Under the pieces are notes generated by a model. The model was given only the letters and a program-made list of their open reading frames with translations, was not told the DNA's origin and ran no database searches. From the IMG/VR virus record IMGVR_UViG_3300043411_000921, positions 177,400-241,399 of that record: DNA of 64,000 bases, one strand, 5' to 3'. Positions 1 to 7,998 of the stretch are shown piece by piece; the stretch's first letter is position 1, and each line of letters opens with the position of its first letter. Position numbers and translations under genes: made by a program.

Positions 1-1
1 T

Positions 2-397
2 CGTGGAGGTTACTACTTTTACAAGAGATCAGCACGTCCTGCGTCTGATTACAAGGGAACGTATCCAGTAAGAGTTAGAACCCGCATGTTTTACGAGGCT
101 TCCTTGGCTCTTGAAACAGCGCAGAACATTTTTGATCACACTGAGGCTTTGCCTGTCATTCACCTTGACGCATCTCCTCCAGGTGGAACAGAAGTGACTT
201 CTGCTTTCTCTGATCAGTTGAATGGTTACATTGTTGGTTCAGGTTTTGAGTGTGTTTTGAAGCCTTGGGCGTTTGTCGCAAGTGGAATTGCTGACAAACA
301 TAGCAAGTCTTCGTGCTGGGTTATTCCAAACACTTTGGACATCGGAAACCCAAGAGACAAAGGTAAAAACACGATTGCTAAGGAAATTCAAAAATGA
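2..397 (+). CDS. hypothetical protein, 5'-truncated by the window edge
   Basis: Frame 2 is open from position 2 through the ORF 86..397; stop overlaps the next start (ATGA). Confidence 0.6.
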   Translation, partial: RGGYYFYKRSARPASDYKGTYPVRVRTRMFYEASLALETAQNIFDHTEALPVIHLDASPPGGTEVTSAFSDQLNGYIVGSGFECVLKPWAFVASGIADKHSKSSCWVIPNTLDIGNPRDKGKNTIAKEIQK

Positions 398-726
398 GCA
401 AAGATGAACGCAGAGTAAAGCTTGATACCGCCATCGAAAGAAACATTCACCAACTGGTCAAAAACATCTCCGAAGGAATGTTTGACGCCGTTCAACTGAG
501 TTGTCGGAAGAACAACATTCCTGTCGAACCAGAAGTGCTAACGCATATTTTGAAGACAGCCCAGATTGTCATTTCTGGGCTGGAGCTTCAGAACCTCGAT
601 GCTTTTCACAGAAGCATCAAGACATTGCTGGATGATTATGCTGGAGAGGATGGGGAAGGCTCGCTTGCAAAACTTTCCGAGGCAACCGTTCTCCCAAAAT
701 CCCGTGGCAATCAAAAATCAGCTTGA
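394..726 (+). CDS. hypothetical protein
   Basis: 110-aa ORF, ATGA-coupled to the upstream gene. Confidence 0.7.
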   Translation: MSKDERRVKLDTAIERNIHQLVKNISEGMFDAVQLSCRKNNIPVEPEVLTHILKTAQIVISGLELQNLDAFHRSIKTLLDDYAGEDGEGSLAKLSEATVLPKSRGNQKSA

Positions 727-793
727 GCCTTCAAAAGCTTGAAAAGATTCCCTTCCTCTTGGCATTTCTTGCCATAGTTCTCTTTAGAAACGC

Positions 794-1279
794 ATGACAA
801 CTTCATCCTCTCCACTGGTCGAAGGTGTGAAACACCTCGTCACCTGTACCTGCACACTTCCACAGTTTGAATCGCTGGATCCGCCAGTCTTCCACAAATT
901 CATTGTGTTCTCGTTAATCAATGCAGACGGAAGCATTCAACCAAGCATTGCAAGATGTAACAACTGTGAAGGGTTGCATCGAGTAACAGAAGTTGGACTT
1001 TCTCAAAAACTCAAGAAAGAAACCTCTGCCGTTCTTCCCGATGTGGAGGAAATAAAAACAGGATTGCCTGAAAAACTCGTTCAACTCGTTGAACGCTACA
1101 AACTTGACCTGCCTTCCTGGCAAGAGATTCAGTTTGTTTTTGAGAATGAGAAATGGGGCAGACCAATCATTCTCACCAAAGAACAAGGAGACAATCCAGA
1201 TGATGTCTCTGGAAAATACCTCCTGATCTCCAGCAAATCTCTCTGGAGAATTCAAACCTTCTCAACGGAAAACCTATGA
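794..1279 (+). CDS. hypothetical protein with putative Zn-binding cysteines
   Basis: CTC...H...CNNC motifs; coupled to the next ORF. Confidence 0.7.
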   Translation: MTTSSSPLVEGVKHLVTCTCTLPQFESLDPPVFHKFIVFSLINADGSIQPSIARCNNCEGLHRVTEVGLSQKLKKETSAVLPDVEEIKTGLPEKLVQLVERYKLDLPSWQEIQFVFENEKWGRPIILTKEQGDNPDDVSGKYLLISSKSLWRIQTFSTENL

Positions 1280-1626
1280 CAACAGACAACAACAACATCC
1301 CAGAAACAGAAAAAGCCTCATTTCTTACAGACGAATCAGAAAAAGAGGAAGGTGTCTCTTACGTCGTTCCAAACTACATTGAAACCAAACTCACAAAAGC
1401 GAGCAAACAAAAGTGCCGTGGCATTGTGAGAACCATCAATGATTTCGGAATCTCTCAGAGAGAGAAACTATTCCTCATCTATCTCTTGAGTTTGGAACTT
1501 GAACACCGAGATTCGATGTTGAAAATTTCCAAAACAATTGGAGAATGTCAAGCTTCGATTGAAGCACCCAAGGTTATTGTCTCTGAGGACCAGCCACAGC
1601 AGAAAAAACAAATCCTGCTTGGTTGA
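1276..1626 (+). CDS. hypothetical protein
   Basis: 116-aa ORF, ATGA overlap. Confidence 0.7.
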   Translation: MTTDNNNIPETEKASFLTDESEKEEGVSYVVPNYIETKLTKASKQKCRGIVRTINDFGISQREKLFLIYLLSLELEHRDSMLKISKTIGECQASIEAPKVIVSEDQPQQKKQILLG

Positions 1627-1885
1627 CACCAATCTTCTCTGCCACTTGTAAATCAATTCTCGTTATCACTTTCCCGTTCTCTTCAATGGTAACAAACCTA
1701 GTCGTTACCTTCTCTGGAAGAATCCCAGTTCCCCTCGAAACATAACAAACCTCAGTAGATGTTTGGATCATCAGAATGGCACCTATAACCTTCGCCCAAA
1801 CAGGGCCTATACGCCTTATCTGTGACAGCAAATCATTTCGATGGCTCGGAGGACGTTGGAGAAATTTGGAGCCCGTATAAGGCAT
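1574..1885 (-). CDS. possible small hypothetical protein (start uncertain)
   Basis: Fills the gap downstream of the endolysin on the same strand; overlaps repeat element copy 1. Confidence 0.3.
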   Translation of the reverse strand: MPYTGSKFLQRPPSHRNDLLSQIRRIGPVWAKVIGAILMIQTSTEVCYVSRGTGILPEKVTTRFVTIEENGKVITRIDLQVAEKIGVNQAGFVFSAVAGPQRQ

Positions 1886-1901
1886 CCTGGAGCGATTTAG
1901 G
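1797..1901 (+). repeat. ~105-bp bipartite dispersed element (family A), copy 1
   Basis: TATACGCCTTAT at 1808 and TCCTGGAGCGATTTAG at 1885 (offset 77). Confidence 0.85.
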
Positions 1902-2718
1902 GGATGGTGATAAGTGTGTCGATGGTTCTTGGGACAATCATCCCATGTTTCTTACCAGATTGCAGAAGAAGTTTTGTCGTTTGCGGTCCTGGAACACCAT
2001 CACATTCTTCTGGTTTCAAACCGAGTTTTAGTTGTTCGGCTTTCCAAAAGGCTTTGTCTTCGTTTTTGTCGAAGTTGAAAGGAAGGTATCCAGCAGCTTT
2101 GAGTGCTGCTGGAAGCCAAGGACCACAATCTCCTGGACCTCGGTTTGATGTTTGGTTGCTGTGATTGTAAACACCAACGACATCTCTTCCCTTTCCATCC
2201 CCAGAAATACGATTAACCAACCTCAGCATTGGTTTGTCTTTCTCGGTGTCCCAGGGAATTTGTCGTTGGATGCCAAGAATGGCAGTTAAGAAGTCAATGA
2301 ACAACACTGCCTTTTGGATTTGATCTTCATACAGATCGCCATTGTCATGCTGAACCATTTCTAGTCCACAAGTGTGGGCATTGACTGCTCCCGCTTGCCA
2401 AGTGAAGAATTCCAATGGATCATTCTGGATGATCCAGTCGCCGCTGAAATCTTCAGTAAAATCCCAACTCACTTGTCTTTCCGTATTGGTTTGATATCTT
2501 GCATATCTTAAGTCCAAGTCTGTGTTTGGCCCATAGCCGGGAAGAAGCTTTCCCAGTTTTCCATGAACAGTGTGGCAAACGATGGATCGAATCCATGTTT
2601 TCCTGGGACTTTTATCTGTGACTTGTTTGATTTTGAGGGCAGGAGCTTCTGGATCGAGCCAGGATGTTGTTTTCAACCCTGGAATTCCCAGCTTTCTGCC
2701 TTTGATGATGATGGACAT
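1897..2718 (-). CDS. endolysin: N-acetylmuramoyl-L-alanine amidase (Amidase_2-like) with C-terminal peptidoglycan-binding motif
   Basis: IVCHT, VSWDF, WQAG.VN..TCGLEM, VYNH..PGDCG motifs; C-terminal DGVPGPQT. Confidence 0.8.
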   Translation of the reverse strand: MSIIIKGRKLGIPGLKTTSWLDPEAPALKIKQVTDKSPRKTWIRSIVCHTVHGKLGKLLPGYGPNTDLDLRYARYQTNTERQVSWDFTEDFSGDWIIQNDPLEFFTWQAGAVNAHTCGLEMVQHDNGDLYEDQIQKAVLFIDFLTAILGIQRQIPWDTEKDKPMLRLVNRISGDGKGRDVVGVYNHSNQTSNRGPGDCGPWLPAALKAAGYLPFNFDKNEDKAFWKAEQLKLGLKPEECDGVPGPQTTKLLLQSGKKHGMIVPRTIDTLITIP

Positions 2719-2726
2719 AAAAGAGA

Positions 2727-2756
2727 ATGCCTCCGGCTGTAAATAGCCGGAGGCAT
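2727..2756 (-). promoter_or_regulatory. hairpin covering the endolysin RBS, with a late-promoter motif in its loop
   Basis: Perfect 12-bp stem ATGCCTCCGGCT/AGCCGGAGGCAT; minus-strand TATTTA at the loop; GGAGG in the 3' arm 11 nt before the ATG. Confidence 0.7.
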
Positions 2757-2787
2757 CTCAGGGGTTTAGAATTGGTGTTGTGTTGGA

Positions 2788-3255
2788 TCAGGTGCCGCTG
2801 ATAACAACGGAACCGGAAGCGCCAATGACGAGGAAATTCTTTCCGTCAGACATCAAAGCAACGGAAGGTCCGCCGCCAGTTGTTGCACCAGCCAAACCAC
2901 CAACAGGGAAGGTCAACTTGGAGCCTTTTGTTGCACTGGAGCCGGAAGCAAGAAGGGCAAACACTCTTGTTCCTTCTGCTTCTTGTGAACCTGTCAGAGC
3001 GTGTGCGTGGTTGCTGAGTGTCCTGATCGCAAAGATTGCACCGGGGCATTCATCAGCTTTCGGCATCACGAGTGTCAGAGCTGTTGAGCCGGACACAGTG
3101 ATGACACCAGCTTCGGCTGGTGTGAGTGTCACTGCGGAGGTTTTTGCTTTGATGTTTGGAAGCTTGTATGGAGAGAAACCGGAACTGCCTGCTTGAGCAG
3201 TGTCCAGATCTGTCACAACACCGTTGTCGCCAATTGTTGTTTTAGTTGCTGGCAT
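2788..3255 (-). CDS. putative virion structural/decoration protein
   Basis: Gly/Ser/Thr/Ala-rich beta-type composition; late motif TATTTA upstream. Confidence 0.5.
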   Translation of the reverse strand: MPATKTTIGDNGVVTDLDTAQAGSSGFSPYKLPNIKAKTSAVTLTPAEAGVITVSGSTALTLVMPKADECPGAIFAIRTLSNHAHALTGSQEAEGTRVFALLASGSSATKGSKLTFPVGGLAGATTGGGPSVALMSDGKNFLVIGASGSVVISGT

Positions 3256-3316
3256 GATCGTCTATATCCTTCTACCCAAGTGGGCTGGGAATAAATATAC
3301 AGGTTTTGCTGGAAAA

Positions 3317-3583
3317 TCAGTCTGCTGAGGAAGATGAGGGTTCGGTTGTGGTAGTGGTGGCCGAAGTGTTCTTTTGCACTTGATTCTCATTCCAGCGTCT
3401 ACCGAAGTAGAGAGCAAGAAGAGGAGTAAGAAACCCAGTGGCAATTGTCACATCAAACGCACGAATGTGTGGCGTAGAGAAGATGTTGAGAATGAACCAG
3501 AGAAGGGTTGCGGCAAAGGAAGTGTAAACCATTGTAAAGCTCAAACTGTCCTTTCCTTGGCTGTTTTTGAGAAGAAGTTTCAT
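3317..3583 (-). CDS. holin-like small membrane protein
   Basis: 88 aa, two hydrophobic helices, hydrophilic tail, lysis-cassette context. Confidence 0.55.
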   Translation of the reverse strand: MKLLLKNSQGKDSLSFTMVYTSFAATLLWFILNIFSTPHIRAFDVTIATGFLTPLLALYFGRRWNENQVQKNTSATTTTTEPSSSSAD

Positions 3584-3591
3584 GTAGTCTC

Positions 3592-4221
3592 CTACTGGCT
3601 AAGTACAATAGCAGCGGAAACACCAACACCCAACAAAACCCCAGCACCAACCAATCCAACATAAACCCAAGGAGACCTTTGTCCTGTTCTCTCCAAAGCT
3701 TGGATTGTCCTCTCTGCACTCGTAAGTTCAATATCCCTTGAACGAACCTGGGCTTGATAAAAAGCTCTCATCAGCCTCATGTCCGAATTTAGAATGGAAA
3801 CGTCTCTGATTGCTGTGGTAGCAAGAGTAGCAATCGCAAGCCTGTGGTTTGCATCTATTGTCCTTGTGATTTCCCCCAGAGAAACAGTCAGGTGATTGAT
3901 GGCCGGTTCGTTCAAACAGATTCCATTCCAAGGACCATAAACTGTTTGGTCGGCTGGAGAGGTTTGTGGATTCCTGAGCATTGGGATAGCAAACGCTCCA
4001 GCATCCCTAGCCCTCTCTTCGTTGAAGATTTCTCTCAATGAAACAGAAGAGCCTGATTCTACTGAAGAATCGAGGATTTGTTGATAAGGTGTGAGATCAA
4101 CACTCGAATCTTCTTGAAGAAAAGAAGAGTCCGGGGAAGGCGTTGATATGACTGGAGTTGTTGAAACTGTGGAGGAGCAGCCGAGGGAGAGGAGGATTAG
4201 GATGGATGCGATTCGCTTCAT
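3592..4221 (-). CDS. lipoprotein with C-terminal TM helix (unimolecular-spanin-like architecture)
   Basis: Lipobox ILLSLG-C15; coiled coil; C-terminal WVYVGLVGAGVLLGVGVSAAIVL. Confidence 0.6.
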   Translation of the reverse strand: MKRIASILILLSLGCSSTVSTTPVISTPSPDSSFLQEDSSVDLTPYQQILDSSVESGSSVSLREIFNEERARDAGAFAIPMLRNPQTSPADQTVYGPWNGICLNEPAINHLTVSLGEITRTIDANHRLAIATLATTAIRDVSILNSDMRLMRAFYQAQVRSRDIELTSAERTIQALERTGQRSPWVYVGLVGAGVLLGVGVSAAIVLSQ

Positions 4222-4226
4222 GCGAA

Positions 4227-4655
4227 TCAGTTTTGTGGCTTGAAGAGAGGAATGCCGAAAACTTCATTGATGGTTTCAGCCATCTTCTCAGGATTGTCGT
4301 GGTGTTTCTCGACCAAAGCACGAATTTCTTTGCTTCGCAGAGAGGCAATCTCTTTCAAGGTTGCATCGTGTTGTTCACTGATCTGACGAACAATGTTAGC
4401 GTGCTCCCTTTCAATGTTTTGTCTTCGCTGGATTTCCTGTTCAACTTGTTGCTGAAGGACTTCCAAGTTTTTCTTGTGAGCTTCTCTTGTTTCTTTTTGC
4501 TGTTTGACAAGCGATTCAACAATATCATTGCGTTGTTTGACAAGAAGGATCGTGTAAACAAGAGCAGCACCAAGAAGAATCTCTGTTCCATAAAGTTTGA
4601 GAAATGACCAAACCTTCATGATGAAGGTTTTTGTTTTCAATAGGATTAATTCCAT
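4227..4655 (-). CDS. i-spanin-like protein (N-terminal TM plus coiled coil)
   Basis: ILLGAALVYTILLV followed by a long heptad region; directly upstream of the lipoprotein. Confidence 0.55.
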   Translation of the reverse strand: MELILLKTKTFIMKVWSFLKLYGTEILLGAALVYTILLVKQRNDIVESLVKQQKETREAHKKNLEVLQQQVEQEIQRRQNIEREHANIVRQISEQHDATLKEIASLRSKEIRALVEKHHDNPEKMAETINEVFGIPLFKPQN

Positions 4656-5032
4656 TTTTTACTTTCTTCGCTAAATGGAGTTGGGTTGATGTCAGCATCT
4701 GGATAATCACCATCAGCTTCATCGTCGATCAGACCAGACATCTCTTCCCCGAAAAAGTATTGAAGTTCTTGAATGGAAGTTGAGAGATCGTTCATCTGCC
4801 CAAGGATTTCTTCAAGGAGTTTCTTGTTTGCCATTTGTTGTTTGTTGGTGATAGTCACCATGCGTTCTAGGACTTTCAGTCTATCCAACAACACCTTGTT
4901 TTCAAACTCCCTCATTCTCTCCAGAAGCTCGGCTGCATTGATTGTGGTTGAATCAACAATCAGTTCATCGGCTTGTTCGTCTGGGGAAGGTGGTGGGGGA
5001 AGAATGACTTCGGTTCTTGGTTTTCTTGACAT
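4646..5032 (-). CDS. hypothetical coiled-coil protein
   Basis: 128-aa ORF in a minus-strand operon. Confidence 0.65.
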   Translation of the reverse strand: MSRKPRTEVILPPPPSPDEQADELIVDSTTINAAELLERMREFENKVLLDRLKVLERMVTITNKQQMANKKLLEEILGQMNDLSTSIQELQYFFGEEMSGLIDDEADGDYPDADINPTPFSEESKKWN

Positions 5033-5036
5033 GACA

Positions 5037-5333
5037 CTACTCCTTTGTTCTTGTTTTCAGGGGATCATCAGCTTCCATAGCTGCGTACAACGAAGCTGGA
5101 GTGCTGAACACATACGTTCTCTTCACATTGGCTATCTTATTCTTCTTCGCCTCCTCTATGACTGCTAGAATTTTCGGATCGTTCCTCTCCAACATCTCCA
5201 GCACCTGTGAAAACATTTCCTGAATGTTCAGTCCGTTCTTGTAAAGTAAACGTTTACAAGCAACGAAGCTCTCAATGGGAAGACCCACTTTCACGGATTG
5301 AAACACACGGCTGGAGAAGTTACGAATTTCCAT
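5037..5333 (-). CDS. hypothetical protein
   Basis: 98-aa ORF, tight operon spacing. Confidence 0.65.
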   Translation of the reverse strand: MEIRNFSSRVFQSVKVGLPIESFVACKRLLYKNGLNIQEMFSQVLEMLERNDPKILAVIEEAKKNKIANVKRTYVFSTPASLYAAMEADDPLKTRTKE

Positions 5334-5335
5334 TG

Positions 5336-6106
5336 TTAGCTCGTTGAGGATGATCCTACGCTACCACCACCAGAAGGAACACCGCCACCATTATCTGGAC
5401 CAGAGTTGCCAGCCCTTGGAGCAGCAGGATAATCACCTTCAACCTGCTTCTTCGTCTTGGCTGTAAGATCAAAGTCACGCTCCAAAATATTCACCATCTC
5501 TTTAGCAAGTCTTGGCGAGTAGTTCTTTGAAATGTAAAACATTGCTCGATTTAGAATCAAGGATTTTGGATCAATGAGTGTTTGATAGTTGTTCACAAGC
5601 CTAGCAACGCCTTCAGCAAACTTCCTGATGTTGATTTTTGGAACGGGAACAACTTCTGGGGGATTGCTTTCAGTGTCGTCTCCTCCATCGTCACCGCCAC
5701 CAAACGGATCATCTCCACCACCCATGTCCATATCACCAGCATCATCGACAGGTGGTTCTGGTGGAGCTTCTTGCTCAAACAAGAACTTTCCCATCGAGAA
5801 CAAACGTTTTCCTTTTTTCCTTTCGGTCAATGGGGGTGTTTGAATGTTGTCTTTGACTTGTGCAGGATCAACAGGAAGTGCCCCATCCGTTTCCGGCATA
5901 TCCAGAGGGACTGACTCTCTTTCAAACTGCATGAGATACTTGTCAATCTTCTGATCAACAGAAGCTTCTGTCTCTGACAAGGAATCAGAAACACTGGGAA
6001 GCTGAAGAATCTGTTCTGGGCTGGAGACATAGGGCTTTCCATCTCCACCACCCTCTTCCTGTTCTCTCAACAAGAACTCGCTGAAACGTTTCTTTCTCAT
6101 AATCAA
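5336..6106 (-). CDS. acidic low-complexity protein, putative internal head protein
   Basis: FLLREQ and FLFEQ protease-site-like motifs; Gly/Asp/Pro tracts. Confidence 0.6.
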   Translation of the reverse strand: MIMRKKRFSEFLLREQEEGGGDGKPYVSSPEQILQLPSVSDSLSETEASVDQKIDKYLMQFERESVPLDMPETDGALPVDPAQVKDNIQTPPLTERKKGKRLFSMGKFLFEQEAPPEPPVDDAGDMDMGGGDDPFGGGDDGGDDTESNPPEVVPVPKINIRKFAEGVARLVNNYQTLIDPKSLILNRAMFYISKNYSPRLAKEMVNILERDFDLTAKTKKQVEGDYPAAPRAGNSGPDNGGGVPSGGGSVGSSSTS

Positions 6107-6918
6107 AGGATCCTTCCACCAAGAACTTCAACTGGAGGAGATGATTGTGGCAATCCAACGCTCGTCTCCTTCTCATTTGAAACAACAGCTTGGACAGAGT
6201 AAAGCTGGTGGAGCTTCGCCATCTCAGCAATCAACATTCTCATTTCAACAACATTCCAATTGATTTCTCGCATGGAGCGATTGAGATATTCAAGCTTCTC
6301 TCCTGGGAAATCAAGGAACCAAGCGTGGTGCCATGTGTCAAGAACCAGCACTGGAATTGCCATCAATGGAAGATGAAGGGTATGACCTTCAACAAAAGTG
6401 TTGAAATAACGTTGTTTGAACGGATCGAAGTAACAAACAGCCCAACCTTCTCTGGACGCCATTCCGCAAGCTCTGAAATCCAATTGCCACTGGTCGAAGG
6501 TTCCCCAATCCCTTGAAAGACGCATAAAAGGAATGCTGTCAGCACGAATCTCGGAGTTCAAATCTCCCGTGTTGGTGAACAACAACTCGTGGAACTTCAC
6601 TCCGTTCATGTTGTGAGTCTCATCAATCTTCAACCTTCTGAACTCTGAATCGTTTGGGTTATCTGCATCTGTCTTTGGAACAGAATCCAGCTTCGCAGAA
6701 ATTTTGTTGTGACTTGTGACGTAGCTGTTATACAGCTTTTCGTGGTTTTCCTTTGTTGTGGGGGATGAAACATCGCCCTTCAAAATAAATGAACGAGGCA
6801 TCAACACAGCCGCTTCTGAAACAACAGCTTTTGCCGCTTGTGCTACCTTTCCATCCAAAACTGTTCCAACAGCTTCTCGAATGATCTTCTGGAGATCTTT
6901 TGCATTGAGGGTCGTCAT
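6103..6918 (-). CDS. Fe/Mn superoxide dismutase-like protein (ChrC/SodF-like) with N-terminal leader
   Basis: H(EKLY..YV), HELLF, WGTFDQW, GWAV, PVLVLDTWHHAW, INWNVVE. Confidence 0.85.
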   Translation of the reverse strand: MTTLNAKDLQKIIREAVGTVLDGKVAQAAKAVVSEAAVLMPRSFILKGDVSSPTTKENHEKLYNSYVTSHNKISAKLDSVPKTDADNPNDSEFRRLKIDETHNMNGVKFHELLFTNTGDLNSEIRADSIPFMRLSRDWGTFDQWQLDFRACGMASREGWAVCYFDPFKQRYFNTFVEGHTLHLPLMAIPVLVLDTWHHAWFLDFPGEKLEYLNRSMREINWNVVEMRMLIAEMAKLHQLYSVQAVVSNEKETSVGLPQSSPPVEVLGGRIL

Positions 6919-6924
6919 GTGTTC

Positions 6925-7953
6925 TTACTTCTTCTTCCTTGATCTTACAGTCTCTGTAAATAGACCAGAAAGGGGTGCATGAGCATCATCATCCAATCCA
7001 AGCCTGTCTGCAATGTTCAGCATTCCTCTATCTTCCGCAGCATCCCCAGCCCTTGAAACTCTTGTGTCTCCGAGGGAAGGGAACACCCCCTGATAACTCG
7101 GACCCGACTCCCCAAGAGGGAACAGGATTTCTCTTATTGATTCCCCTTTGGATCCCTCTTCTGGTAATGTTCCACTAGACAACATCCCTGACAACTTTCT
7201 CATCGGGTTTTCTCGTGTGTTCTCCAAGAAGACGTAAGCGAGGGCATCACACGTCACGGATCCTTTTGCGAGCACCTCTTGTTGATATTCGTAGGTGTCC
7301 TCCCCGACCTCCAGGTACTTCGCAGCCTCAAACATGTTGAAAAAGAAGCTGTTTTCCTCGGTCTTGCACCTTCCAAGGACAACAAATCCCTTGGGAATAT
7401 CACCTTCCATGCGAACCTGACCAAAAAGCTTGGGCATGGACTCTTCCCTCCTGGACCAACTGGTGATATTATTCCCGGCTCTAGGTGACATAATAGCGCC
7501 ACGAACGACTCCTTCCTTACCAGGAGTCGTCAAGCCTGTTAGACGCCTCAGATAATCCTCCTGGATGCCAAAGAGAACCCTCCAGGCATATCCCTCTCTC
7601 ACCTGAAAGAATTTCTTGTACCAACCCTGCTCCTTCATCTTCCACATCAGGTCAACCATTTTTTCCAGGCCATCCCTGTTGTTCCATGAATAGTAGTTGC
7701 CAAGAGCAGCAATCAACCTCTTTTCTTCGGGAGAATCCTCTTCCTGAATATTTTCCTCGTAAACGTTCTTCCTCATCCACCCAAAAAGATATTCCCCAAA
7801 AGGTGCGTCTTTCGGAGCTTCTGGTGGAGGAGAATCCTTCACAACAGCAACCTTCTTTTTTGGTTTGGGTGGCAGCCAAGGCTTGTCTGGATCAAACTCC
7901 CAATCATCCCATCCGTCACTTTCCCATAAAAACCTTGAAATTCTAGGCGTCAT
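6925..7953 (-). CDS. putative R-S-E clade ADP-ribosyltransferase-like protein
   Basis: AWRVL ... ITSWS ... YQQEVL in the order of the R, S-x-S and Q/E-x-E motifs. Confidence 0.45.
   Translation of the reverse strand: MTPRISRFLWESDGWDDWEFDPDKPWLPPKPKKKVAVVKDSPPPEAPKDAPFGEYLFGWMRKNVYEENIQEEDSPEEKRLIAALGNYYSWNNRDGLEKMVDLMWKMKEQGWYKKFFQVREGYAWRVLFGIQEDYLRRLTGLTTPGKEGVVRGAIMSPRAGNNITSWSRREESMPKLFGQVRMEGDIPKGFVVLGRCKTEENSFFFNMFEAAKYLEVGEDTYEYQQEVLAKGSVTCDALAYVFLENTRENPMRKLSGMLSSGTLPEEGSKGESIREILFPLGESGPSYQGVFPSLGDTRVSRAGDAAEDRGMLNIADRLGLDDDAHAPLSGLFTETVRSRKKK
7148..7175 (+). repeat. co-oriented motif (family B), copy 1
   Basis: TTGGATCCCTCTTCTGGTAATGTTCCAC. Confidence 0.8.
7471..7575 (+). repeat. 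family A element, copy 2 (inside the ART-like CDS)
   Basis: TAGGTGACATAATAGCGCC at 7482; GATAATCC-TCCTGGATG at 7559 (offset 77). Confidence 0.6.
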
Positions 7954-7958
7954 CGAAA

Positions 7959-7964
7959 TAACTA
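7959..7964 (-). promoter_or_regulatory. late promoter motif TAGTTA, probably leaderless
   Basis: 5 nt before the ATG at 7953. Confidence 0.6.
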
Positions 7965-7998
7965 GAATCCCTCAAATACCCACGCCACACTCGTTCCC

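Noticed and set aside
1822-2031. ORF sharing YKASWSDLG with 26679..26969
   Set aside because: The similarity comes from the family A DNA element, and the ORF overlaps the endolysin on the opposite strand.
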